This document shows, one piece after another, positions 1-14,100 of a stretch of DNA of 64,000 nt. The stretch spans positions 276,582,001 to 276,646,000 of the forward strand of contig OZ024743.1 in assembly GCA_964016885.1 (NCBI GenBank), in the 5' to 3' direction. The number at the start of each line of letters is the position of its first letter. Within the stretch, counting starts at the first letter, position 1. Under the pieces are notes generated by a model. It had not been told where the DNA came from, searched no databases, and was given only the letters and a program-made list of their open reading frames with translations. The position numbers and the translations under genes are program-made. Origin of the DNA: Eledone cirrhosa. Its lineage: Eukaryota.

Positions 1-3000
1 CAGCAGTTGCTAGAAGAAGCAACACTAACACCACAAACAACACCACCAGCAGTTGCTAGAAGAAGCAACACTAACACCACAAACAACACCACCAGCAGTT
101 GCTAGAAGATGCAACACTAACCCCACAAACACCACCACCAGCAGTTGCTAGAAGAAGCAACACTAACACCACAAACAACACCACCAGCAGTTGCTAGAAG
201 AAGCAACACTAACCCCACAAACAACACCCCTAGTAGTTGCTAGAAGAAGCAATACTAACACCACAAACAACACCACCAGCAGTTGCTAGAAGCAACACTA
301 ACACCACAAACAACACCACCAGCAGTTGCTAGAAGAAGCAACACTAACACCACAAACAACACCACCAGCAGTTGCTAGAAGAAGCAACACTAACACCACA
401 AACAACACCACCAGCAGTAGCTAGAAGAAGCAACACTAACACCACAAACAACACCACCAGCAGTTGCTAGAAGAAGCAACACTAACACCACAAACAACAC
501 CACCAGCAGTTGTTAGAAGCAACACTAACACCACAAACAACACCACCAGCAGTTGCTAGAAGAAGCAACACTAACACCACAAACAACACCAGCATAAGTT
601 GCTAGAAGAAGCAACACTAACACCACAAACAACACCACCAGCAGTTGCTAGAAGAAGCAACACTAACACCACAAACAACACCACCAGCAGTTGCTAGAAG
701 AAGCAACACTAACACCACAAACAACACCACCAGCAGTTGCTAGAAGAAGCAACACTAACACCACAAACAACACCACCAGCAGTTGCTAGAAGCACCACTA
801 ACACCACAAACAACACCACCAGCAGTTGCTAGAAGAAGCAACACTAACACCACAAACAAACCAGCAGCAGTTGCTAGAAGAAGCAACACTAACACCACAA
901 ACAACACCACCAGCAGTAGCTAGAAGAAGCAACACTAACACCACAAACAACACCACCAGCAGTTGTTAGAAGAAGCAACACTAACACCACAAACAACACC
1001 ACCAGCAGTAGCTAGAAGAAGCAACACTAACACCACAAACAACACCACCAGCAGTAGATAGAAGAAGCAACACTAACACCACAAACAACACCATCAGCAG
1101 TTGCTAGAAGAAGCAGCACTAACACCACAAACAACACCACTAGCAGTAGCTAGAAGAAGCAACACTAACACCACAAACAACACCACCAGCAGTTGTTAGA
1201 AGAAGCAACACTAACACCACAAACAACACCACCAGCAGTTGCTAGAAGCAACACTAACACCACAAACAACACCACCAGCAGTTGCTAGAAGAAACAACAC
1301 TAACACCACAAACAACATCACCAGCAGTTGCTAGAAGAAGCAACACTAACACCACAAACAACACCACCAGCAGTTGCTAGAAGAAGCAACACTAACACCA
1401 CAAACAACACCACCAGCAGTAGCTAGAAGAAGCAACACTAACACCACAAACAACATCACCAGCAGTTGCTAAAAGAAGCAACACTAACACCACAAACAAC
1501 ACCACCAGCAGTTGCTAGAAGAAGCAACACTAACACCACAGAAAACACCACCAGCAGTTGCTAGAAGAAGCAACACTAACACCACAAACAACACCACCAG
1601 CAGTAGCTAGAAGAAGCAACACTAACACCACAAACAACACCACCAGCAGTAGCTAGAAGAAGCAACACTAACACCACAAACAACACCACCAGCAGTGGCT
1701 AGAAGAGGCAACACTAACACCACAAACAACACCACCAGCAGTTGCTAGAAGAAGCAACACTAACACCACAAACAACACCACCAGCAGTTGATAGAAGAAG
1801 CAACACTGACACCACAAACAACACCACCAGCAGTTGCTAGAAGAAGCAACACTAACACCACAAACAACACCACCAGCAGTTGCTAGAAGAAGGAACACTA
1901 ACACCACAAACAACACCACCAGCAGTAGCTAAAAGAAGCAACACTAACACCACAAACAACATCACCAGCAGTTGCTAGAAGAAGCAACACTAACACCACA
2001 AACAACACCACCAGCAGTTGCTAGAAGAAGCAACACTAACACCACAAACAACACCACCAGCAGTTGCTAGAAGAAGCAACACTAACACCACAAACAACAC
2101 CACCAGCAGTTGCTAGAAGGAGCAACACTAACACCACAAACAACACCACCAGCAGTTGCTAGAAGAAGGAACACTAACACCACAAACAACACCACCAGCA
2201 GTTGCTAGAAGAAGCAACACTAACACCACAAACAACACCACCAGCAGTTGCTAGAAGAAGCAACACTAACACCACAAACAACACCACCAGCAGTTGCTAG
2301 AAGCAACACTATCACCACAAACAACACCACCAGCAGTTGCTAGAAAAAGCAACACTAACACCACAAACAACACCACCAGCAGTTGCTAAAAAAGCAACAC
2401 TAACACCACAAACAACACCACCAGCAGTAGCTAGAAGAAGCAACACTAACACCACAAACAACACCACCAGCAGTTGCTAGAAGAAGCAACACTAACACCA
2501 CAAACAACACCACCAGCAGTTGCTAGAAGAAGCAACACTAACACCACAAACAACACCACCAGCAGTAGCTAGAAGAAGCAACACTAACACCACAAACAAC
2601 ACCAGCAGCAGTAGCTAGAAGAAGCAACACTAACACCACAAACAACATCACCAGCAGTTGCTAGAAGAAGCAACACTAACACCACAAACAACACCACCAG
2701 CAGTGGCTAGAAGAAGCAACACTAACACCACAAACAACACCACCAGCAGTTGCTAGAAGAAGCAACACTAACACCACAAACAACACCACCAGCAGTTGAT
2801 AGAAGAAGCAACACTAACACCACAAACAACACCACCAGCAGTTGCTAGAAGAAGCAACACTAACACCACAAACAACACCACCAGCAGTTGCTAGAAGAAG
2901 GAACACTAACACCACAAACAACACCACCAGCAGTAGCTAAAAGAAGCAACACTAACACCACAAACAACATCACCAGCAGTTGCTAGAAGAAGCAACACTA

Positions 3001-6000
3001 ACACCACAAACAACACCACCAGCAGTTGCTAGAAGGAGCAACACTAACACCACAAACAACACCACCAGCAGTTGCTAAAAAAGCAACACTAACACCACAA
3101 ACAACACCACCAGCAGTAGCTAGAAGAAGCAACACTAACACCACAAACAACACCACCAGCAGTTGCTAAAAAAGCAACACTAACACCACAAACAACACCA
3201 CCAGCAGTAGCTAGAAGAAGCAACACTAACACCACAAACAACACCACCAGCAGTTGCTAGAAGAAGCAACACTAACACCACAAACAACACCACCAGCAGT
3301 TGCTAAAAAAGCAACACTAACACCACAAACAACACCACCAGCAGTAGCTAGAAGAAGCAACACTAACACCACAAACAACATCGCCAGCAGTTGCTAGAAG
3401 AAGCAACACTAGCACCACAAACAACACCACCAGCAGTAGCTAGAAGAAGCAACACTAACACCACAAACAACACCACCAGCAGTTGCTAGAAGAAGCAACA
3501 CTAACACCACAAACAACACCACCAGCAGTTGCTAGAAGAAACACTAACACCGCAAACAACACCACCAGCAGTTGCTAGAAGAAGCAACACTAACACCACA
3601 AACAACACCACCAGCAGTTGCTAGAAGAAGCAACACTAACACCACAAACAACACCACCAGCAGTTGCTAGAAGAAGCAACACTAACACCACAAACAACAC
3701 CACCAGTAGTTGCTAGAAGAAGCAACACTAACCCCACAAACACCACCACCAGTAGTTGCTAGAAGAAGCAACACTAACACCACAAACAACACCACCAGCA
3801 GTTGCTAGAAGCAACACTAACACCACAAACAACACCACCAGCAGTTGCTAGAAGAAGCAACACTAACACCACAAACAACACCACCAGCAGTTGCTAGAAG
3901 AAGCAACACTAACCCCACAAACAACACCACCAGTAATTGCTAGAAGAAGCAACACTAACACCACAAACAACACCACCAGCAGTTGCTAGAAGCAACACTA
4001 ACACCACAAACAACACCACCAGCAGTTGCTAGAAGAAGCAACACTAACACCACAAACAACACCACCAGCAGTTGCTAGAAGAAGCAACACTAACACCACA
4101 AACAACACCACCAGCAGTTGCTAGAAGAAGCAACACTAACACCACAAACAACACCACCAGCAGTTGCTAGAAGAAGCAACACTAACACCACAAACAACAC
4201 CACCAGCAGTTGCTAGAAGATGCAACACTAACCCCACAAACACCACCACCAGCAGTTGCTAGAAGAAGCAACACTAACACCACAAACAACACCACCAGCA
4301 GTTGCTAGAAGAAGCAACACTAACCCCACAAACAACACCCCTAGTAGTTGCTAGAAGAAGCAATACTAACACCACAAACAACACCACCAGCAGTTGCTAG
4401 AAGCAACACTAACACCACAAACAACACCACCAGCAGTTGCTAGAAGAAGCAACACTAACACCACAAACAACACCACCAGCAGTTGCTAGAAGAAGCAACA
4501 CTAACACCACAAACAACACCACCAGCAGTAGCTAGAAGAAGCAACACTAACACCACAAACAACACCACCAGCAGTTGCTAGAAGAAGCAACACTAACACC
4601 ACAAACAACACCACCAGCAGTTGTTAGAAGCAACACTAACACCACAAACAACACCACCAGCAGTTGCTAGAAGAAGCAACACTAACACCACAAACAACAC
4701 CAGCATAAGTTGCTAGAAGAAGCAACACTAACACCACAAACAACACCACCAGCAGTTGCTAGAAGAAGCAACACTAACACCACAAACAACACCACCAGCA
4801 GTTGCTAGAAGAAGCAACACTAACACCACAAACAACACCACCAGCAGTTGCTAGAAGAAGCAACACTAACACCACAAACAACACCACCAGCAGTTGCTAG
4901 AAGCACCACTAACACCACAAACAACACCACCAGCAGTTGCTAGAAGAAGCAACACTAACACCACAAACAAACCAGCAGCAGTTGCTAGAAGAAGCAACAC
5001 TAACACCACAAACAACACCACCAGCAGTAGCTAGAAGAAGCAACACTAACACCACAAACAACACCACCAGCAGTTGTTAGAAGAAGCAACACTAACACCA
5101 CAAACAACACCACCAGCAGTAGCTAGAAGAAGCAACACTAACACCACAAACAACACCACCAGCAGTAGATAGAAGAAGCAACACTAACACCACAAACAAC
5201 ACCATCAGCAGTTGCTAGAAGAAGCAGCACTAACACCACAAACAACACCACTAGCAGTAGCTAGAAGAAGCAACACTAACACCACAAACAACACCACCAG
5301 CAGTTGTTAGAAGAAGCAACACTAACACCACAAACAACACCACCAGCAGTTGCTAGAAGCAACACTAACACCACAAACAACACCACCAGCAGTTGCTAGA
5401 AGAAACAACACTAACACCACAAACAACATCACCAGCAGTTGCTAGAAGAAGCAACACTAACACCACAAACAACACCACCAGCAGTTGCTAGAAGAAGCAA
5501 CACTAACACCACAAACAACACCACCAGCAGTAGCTAGAAGAAGCAACACTAACACCACAAACAACATCACCAGCAGTTGCTAAAAGAAGCAACACTAACA
5601 CCACAAACAACACCACCAGCAGTTGCTAGAAGAAGCAACACTAACACCACAGAAAACACCACCAGCAGTTGCTAGAAGAAGCAACACTAACACCACAAAC
5701 AACACCACCAGCAGTAGCTAGAAGAAGCAACACTAACACCACAAACAACACCACCAGCAGTAGCTAGAAGAAGCAACACTAACACCACAAACAACACCAC
5801 CAGCAGTGGCTAGAAGAGGCAACACTAACACCACAAACAACACCACCAGCAGTTGCTAGAAGAAGCAACACTAACACCACAAACAACACCACCAGCAGTT
5901 GATAGAAGAAGCAACACTGACACCACAAACAACACCACCAGCAGTTGCTAGAAGAAGCAACACTAACACCACAAACAACACCACCAGCAGTTGCTAGAAG

Positions 6001-8198
6001 AAGGAACACTAACACCACAAACAACACCACCAGCAGTAGCTAAAAGAAGCAACACTAACACCACAAACAACATCACCAGCAGTTGCTAGAAGAAGCAACA
6101 CTAACACCACAAACAACACCACCAGCAGTTGCTAGAAGAAGCAACACTAACACCACAAACAACACCACCAGCAGTTGCTAGAAGAAGCAACACTAACACC
6201 ACAAACAACACCACCAGCAGTTGCTAGAAGGAGCAACACTAACACCACAAACAACACCACCAGCAGTTGCTAGAAGAAGGAACACTAACACCACAAACAA
6301 CACCACCAGCAGTTGCTAGAAGAAGCAACACTAACACCACAAACAACACCACCAGCAGTTGCTAGAAGAAGCAACACTAACACCACAAACAACACCACCA
6401 GCAGTTGCTAGAAGCAACACTATCACCACAAACAACACCACCAGCAGTTGCTAGAAAAAGCAACACTAACACCACAAACAACACCACCAGCAGTTGCTAA
6501 AAAAGCAACACTAACACCACAAACAACACCACCAGCAGTAGCTAGAAGAAGCAACACTAACACCACAAACAACACCACCAGCAGTTGCTAGAAGAAGCAA
6601 CACTAACACCACAAACAACACCACCAGCAGTTGCTAGAAGAAGCAACACTAACACCACAAACAACACCACCAGCAGTAGCTAGAAGAAGCAACACTAACA
6701 CCACAAACAACACCAGCAGCAGTAGCTAGAAGAAGCAACACTAACACCACAAACAACATCACCAGCAGTTGCTAGAAGAAGCAACACTAACACCACAAAC
6801 AACACCACCAGCAGTGGCTAGAAGAAGCAACACTAACACCACAAACAACACCACCAGCAGTTGCTAGAAGAAGCAACACTAACACCACAAACAACACCAC
6901 CAGCAGTTGATAGAAGAAGCAACACTAACACCACAAACAACACCACCAGCAGTTGCTAGAAGAAGCAACACTAACACCACAAACAACACCACCAGCAGTT
7001 GCTAGAAGAAGGAACACTAACACCACAAACAACACCACCAGCAGTAGCTAAAAGAAGCAACACTAACACCACAAACAACATCACCAGCAGTTGCTAGAAG
7101 AAGCAACACTAACACCACAAACAACACCACCAGCAGTTGCTAGAAGGAGCAACACTAACACCACAAACAACACCACCAGCAGTTGCTAAAAAAGCAACAC
7201 TAACACCACAAACAACACCACCAGCAGTAGCTAGAAGAAGCAACACTAACACCACAAACAACACCACCAGCAGTTGCTAAAAAAGCAACACTAACACCAC
7301 AAACAACACCACCAGCAGTAGCTAGAAGAAGCAACACTAACACCACAAACAACACCACCAGCAGTTGCTAGAAGAAGCAACACTAACACCACAAACAACA
7401 CCACCAGCAGTTGCTAAAAAAGCAACACTAACACCACAAACAACACCACCAGCAGTAGCTAGAAGAAGCAACACTAACACCACAAACAACATCGCCAGCA
7501 GTTGCTAGAAGAAGCAACACTAGCACCACAAACAACACCACCAGCAGTAGCTAGAAGAAGCAACACTAACACCACAAACAACACCACCAGCAGTTGCTAG
7601 AAGAAGCAACACTAACACCACAAACAACACCACCAGCAGTTGCTAGAAGAAACACTAACACCGCAAACAACACCACCAGCAGTTGCTAGAAGAAGCAACA
7701 CTAACACCACAAACAACACCACCAGCAGTTGCTAGAAGAAGCAACACTAACACCACAAACAACACCACCAGCAGTTGCTAGAAGAAGCAACACTAACACC
7801 ACAAACAACACCACCAGTAGTTGCTAGAAGAAGCAACACTAACCCCACAAACAACACCACCAGTAGTTGCTAGAAGAAGCAACACTAACACCACAAACAA
7901 CACCACCAGCAGTTGCTAGAAGCAACACTAACACCACAAACAACACCACCAGCAGTTGCTAGAAGAAGCAACACTAACACCACAAACAACACCACCAGCA
8001 GTTGCTAGAAGAAGCAACACTAACCCCACAAACAACACCACCAGTAATTGCTAGAAGAAGCAACACTAACACCACAAACAACACCACCAGCAGTTGCTAG
8101 AAGCAACACTAACACCACAAACAACACCACCAGCAGTTGCTAGAAGAAGCAACACTAACACCACAAACAACACCACCAGCAGTTGCTAGAAGAAGCAA
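1..8198. repeat. Higher-order repeat: two near-identical copies with a 4111-bp period
   Basis: Rare variants recur exactly 4111 bp apart (AGAAGATGC at 110 and 4221; identical spurious ORFs at 1668 and 5779). I saw one difference (about 3743 vs 7854). The match breaks at about 8199. Confidence 0.92.
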
Positions 8199-11100
8199 GA
8201 CTAACACCACAAACAACACCATCAGCAGTTGCTAGAAGAATCAACACTAACGCCACAAACAACACCATCAGCAGTTGCTAGAAGAAGCAACACTAACACC
8301 ACAAACAACACCATCAGCAGTTGCTAGAAGAAGCAACACTAACACCACAAACAACACCACCAGCAGTTGCTAGAAGAAGCAACACTAACACCACAAACAA
8401 CACCACCAGCAGTAGCTAGAAGAAGCAACACTAACACCACAAACAACACCACCAGCAGTAGATAGAAGAAGCAACACTAACACCACAAACAACACCACCA
8501 GCAGTAGCTAGAAGAAGCAACACTAACACCACAAACAACACCATCAGCAGTTGCTAGAAGAAGCAACACTAACACCACAAACAACACCACCAGCAGTTGC
8601 TAGAAGAAGCAACACTAACACCACAAACAACACCACCAGCAGTTGCTAGAAGCAACACTATCACCGCAAACAACACCACCAGCAGTTGCTAGAAGAAGCA
8701 ACACTAACACCACAAACAACACCACCAGCAGTTGCTAAAAAAGCAACACTAACACCACAAACAACACCACCAGCAGTAGCTAGAAGAAGCAACACTAACA
8801 CCACAAACAACACCACCAGCAGTTGCTAGAAGAAGCAACACTAACACCACAAACAACACCACCAGCAGTTGCTAAAAAAGCAACACTAACACCACAAACA
8901 ACACCACCAGCAGTAGCTAGAAGAAGCAACACTAACACCACAAACAACATCGCCAGCAGTTGCTAGAAGAAGCAACACTAACACCACAAACAACACCACC
9001 AGCAGTAGCTAGAAGAAGCAACACTAACACCACAAACAACACCACCAGCAGTTGTTAGAAGAAGCAACACTAACACCACAAACAACACCACCAGCAGTTG
9101 CTAGAAGAAACACTAACACCGCAAACAACACCACCAGCAGTTGCTAGAAGAAGCAACACTAACACACAAACAACACCACCAGCAGTTGCTAGAAGAAGCA
9201 ACACTAACACCACAAACAACACCACCAGCAGTTGCTAGAAGAAGCAACACTAACACCACAAACAACACCACCAGCAGTTGCTAGAAGAAGCAACACTAAC
9301 CCCACAAACAACACCACCAGTAGTTGCTAGAAGAAGCAACACTAACACCACAAACAACACCACCAGCAGTTGCTAGAAGCAACACTAACACCACAAACAA
9401 CACCACCAGCAGTTGCTAGAAGAAGCAACACTAACACCACAAACAACACCACCAGCAGTTGCTAGAAGAAGCAACACTAACCCCACAAACAACACCACCA
9501 GTAATTGCTAGAAGAAGCAACACTAACACCACAAACAACACCACCAGCAGTTGCTAGAAGCAACACTAACACCACAAACAACACCACCAGCAGTTGCTAG
9601 AAGAAGCAACACTAACACCACAAACAACACCATCAGCAGTTGCTAGAAGAAGCAACACTAACACCACAAACAACACCACTAGCAGTAGCTAGAAGAAGCA
9701 ACACTAACACCACAAACAACACCACCAGCAGTTGTTAGAAGAAGCAACACTAACACCACAAACAACACCACCAGCAGTTGCTAGAAGCAACACTAACACC
9801 ACAAACAACACCACCAGCAGTTGCTAGAAGAAACAACACTAACACCACAAACAACATCACCAGCAGTTGCTAGAAGAAGCAACACTAACACCACAAACAA
9901 CACCACCAGCAGTTGCTAGAAGAAGCAACACTAACACCACAAACAACACCACCAGCAGTAGCTAGAAGAAGCAACACTAACACCACAAACAACACCACCA
10001 GCAGTAGCTAGAAGAAGCAACACTAACACCACAAACAACATCACCAGCAGTTGCTAAAAGAAGCAACACTAACACCACAAACAACACCACCAGCAGTTGC
10101 TAGAAGAAGCAACACTAACACCACAAAAAACACCACCAGCAGTTGATAGAAGAAGCAACACTAACACCACAAACAACACCACCAGCAGTAGCTAGAAGAA
10201 GCAACACTAACACCACAAACAACACCAGCAGCAGTAGCTAGAAGAAGCAACACTAACACCACAAACAACATCACCAGCAGTTGCTAGAAGAAGCAACACT
10301 AACACCACAAACAACACCACCAGCAGTGGCTAGAAGAAGCAACACTAACACCACAAACAACACCACCAGCAGTTGCTAGAAGAAGCAACACTAACACCAC
10401 AAACAACACCACCAGCAGTTGATAGAAGAAGCAACACTAACACCACAAACAACACCACCAGCAGTTGCTAGAAGAAGCAACACTAACACCACAAACAACA
10501 CCACCAGCAGTTGCTAGAAGAAGGAACACTAACACCACAAACAACACCACCAGCAGTTGCTAAAAAAGCAACACTAACACCACAAACAACACCACCAGCA
10601 GTAGCTAGAAGAAGCAACACTAACACCACAAACAACACCACCAGCAGTTGCTAGAAGAAGCAACACTAACACCACAAACAACACCACCAGCAGTTGCTAA
10701 AAAAGCAACACTAACACCACAAACAACACCACCAGCAGTAGCTAGAAGAAGCAACACTAACACCACAAACAACATCGCCAGCAGTTGCTAGAAGAAGCAA
10801 CACTAGCACCACAAACAACACCACCAGCAGTAGCTAGAAGAAGCAACACTAACACCACAAACAACACCACCAGCAGTTGCTAGAAGAAGCAACACTAACA
10901 CCACAAAAAACACCACCAGCAGTTGCTAGAAGAAACACTAACACCGCAAACAACACCACCAGCAGTTGCTAGAAGAAGCAACACTAACACCACAAACAAC
11001 ACCACCAGCAGTTGCTAGAAGAAGCAACACTAACACCACAAACAACACCACCAGCAGTTGCTAGAAGAAGCAACACTAACACCACAAACAACACCACCAG

Positions 11101-14100
11101 TAGTTGCTAGAAGAAGCAACACTAACCCCACAAACAACACCACCAGTAGTTGCTAGAAGAAGCAACACTAACACCACAAACAACACCACCAGCAGTTGCT
11201 AGAAGCAACACTAACACCACAAACAACACCACCAGCAGTTGCTAGAAGAAGCAACACTAACACCACAAACAACACCACCAGCAGTTGCTAGAAGAAGCAA
11301 CACTAACCCCACAAACATCACCACAAGTAATTGCTAGAAGAAGCAACACTAACACCACAAACAACACCACCAACTGTTGCTAGAAGCAACACTAACACCA
11401 CAAACAACACCACCAGCAGTTGCTAGAAGAAGCAACACTAACACCACAAACAACACCACCAGCAGTTGCTAGAAGAAGCAAGACTAACACCACAAACAAC
11501 ACCATCAGCAGTTGCTAGAAGAATCAACACTAACGCCACAAACAACACCATCAGCAGTTGCTAGAAGAAGCAACACTAACACCACAAACAACACCATCAG
11601 CAGTTGCTAGAAGAAGCAACACTAACACCACAAACAACACCACCAGCAGTTGCTAGAAGAAGCAACACTAACATCACAAACAACACCACCAGCAGTAGCT
11701 AGAAGAAGCAACACTAACACCACAAACAACACCACCAGCAGTAGATAGAAGAAGCAACACTAACACCACAAACAACACCACCAGCAGTAGCTAGAAGAAG
11801 CAACACTAACACCACAAACAACACCATCAGCAGTTGCTAGAAGAAGCAACACTAACACCACAAACAACACCACTAGCAGTAGCTGGAAGAAGCAACACTA
11901 ACACCACAAACAACACCACCAGCAGTTGTTAGAAGAAGCAACACTAACACCACAAACAACACCACCAGCAGTTGCTAGAAGCAACACTAACACCACAAAC
12001 AACACCACCAGCAGTTGCTAGAAGAAACAACACTAACACCACAAACAACATCACCAGCAGTTGCTAGAAGAAGCAACACTAACACCACAAACAACACCAC
12101 CAGCAGTTGCTAGAAGAAGCAACACTAACACCACAAACAACAGCACCAGCAGTAGCTAGAAGAAGCAACACTAACACCACAAACAACACCACCAGCAGTA
12201 GCTAGAAGAAGCAACACTAACACCACAAACAACATCACCAGCAGTTGCTAAAAGAAGCAACACTAACACCACAAACAACACCACCAGCAGTTGCTAGAAG
12301 AAGCAACACTAACACCACAAAAAACACCACCAGCAGTTGCTAGAAGAAGCAACACTAACACCACAAACAACACCACCAGCAGTAGCTAGAAGAAGCAACA
12401 CTAACACCACAAACAACACCAGCAGCAGTAGCTAGAAGAAGCAACACTAACACCACAAACAACATCACCAGCAGTTGCTAGAAGAAGCAACACTAACACC
12501 ACAAACAACACCACCAGCAGTGGCTAGAAGAAGCAACACTAACACCACAAACAACACCACCAGCAGTTGCTAGAAGAAGCAACACTATCACCACAAACAA
12601 CACCACCAGCAGTTGATAGAAGAAGCAACACTAACACCACAAACAACACCACCAGCAGTTGCTAGAAGAAGCAACACTAACACCACAAACAACACCACCA
12701 GCAGTTGCTAGAAGAAGGAACACTAACACCACAAACAACATCGCCAGGAGTTGCTAGAAGAAGCAACACTAACACCACAAACAACACCACCAGCAGTAGC
12801 TAGAAGAAGCAACACTAACACCACAAACAACACCACCAGCAGTTGCTAGAAGAAGCAACACTAACACCACAAACAACACCACCAGCAGTTGCTAGAAGAA
12901 ACACTAACACCGCAAACAACACCACCAGCAGTTGCTAGAAGAAGCAACACTAACACCACAAACAACACCACCAGCAGTTGCTAGAACAAGCAATACTAAC
13001 ACCACAAACAACACCACCAGCAGTTGCTAGAAGAAGCAACACTAACACCACAAACAACACCACCAGTAGTTGCTAGAAGAAGCAACACTAACCCCACAAA
13101 CAACACCACCAGTAGTTGCTAGAAGAAGCAACACTAACACCACAAACAACACCACCAGCAGTTGCTAGAAGCAACACTAACACCACAAACAACACCACCA
13201 GCAGTTGCTAGAAGAAGCAACACTAACACCACAAACAACACCACCAGCAGTTGCTAGAAGAAGCAACACTAACCCCACAAACAACACCACCAGTAATTGC
13301 TAGAAGAAGCAACACTAACACCACAAACAACACCACCAGCAGTTGCTAGAAGCAACACTAACACCACAAACAACACCACCAGCAGTTGCTAGAAGAAGCA
13401 ACACTAACACCACAAACAACACCACCAGCAGTTGCTAGAAGAAGCAAGACTAACACCACAAACAACACCATCAGCAGTTGCTAGAAGAAGCAACACTAAC
13501 GCCACAAACAACACCATCAGCAGTTGCTAGAAGAAGCAACACTAACACCACAAACAACACCATCAGCAGTTGCTAGAAGAAGCAACACTAACACCACAAA
13601 CAACACCACCAGCAGTTGCTAGAAGAAGCAACACTAACGCCACAAACAACACCACCAGCAGTTTCGAGAAGAAGCAACACTAACACCACAAACAACACCA
13701 CCAGCAGTTGCTAGAAGAAGCAACACTAACACCACAAACAACACCACCAGCAGTAGCTAGAAGAAGCAACACTAACACCACAAACAACACCACCAGCAGT
13801 AGATAGAAGAAGCAACACTAACACCACAAACAACACCACCAGCAGTAGCTAGAAGAAGCAACACTAACACCACAAACAACACCATCAGCAGTTGCTAGAA
13901 GAAGCAACACTAACACCACAAACAACACCACTAGCAGTAGCTAGAAGAAGCAACACTAACACCACAAACAACACCACCAGCAGTTGTTAGAAGAAGCAAC
14001 ACTAACACCACAAACAACACCACCAGCAGTTGCTAGAAGCAACACTAACACCACAAACAACACCACCAGCAGTTGCTAGAAGAAACAACACTAACACCAC

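Noticed and set aside
1668-6030. 83-aa ORFs in the satellite (and 46673-46900) as a repetitive or mucin-like protein
   Set aside because: The 46-bp period shifts frame each monomer, and stops recur every third monomer on both strands, so these ORFs arise from chance variants.
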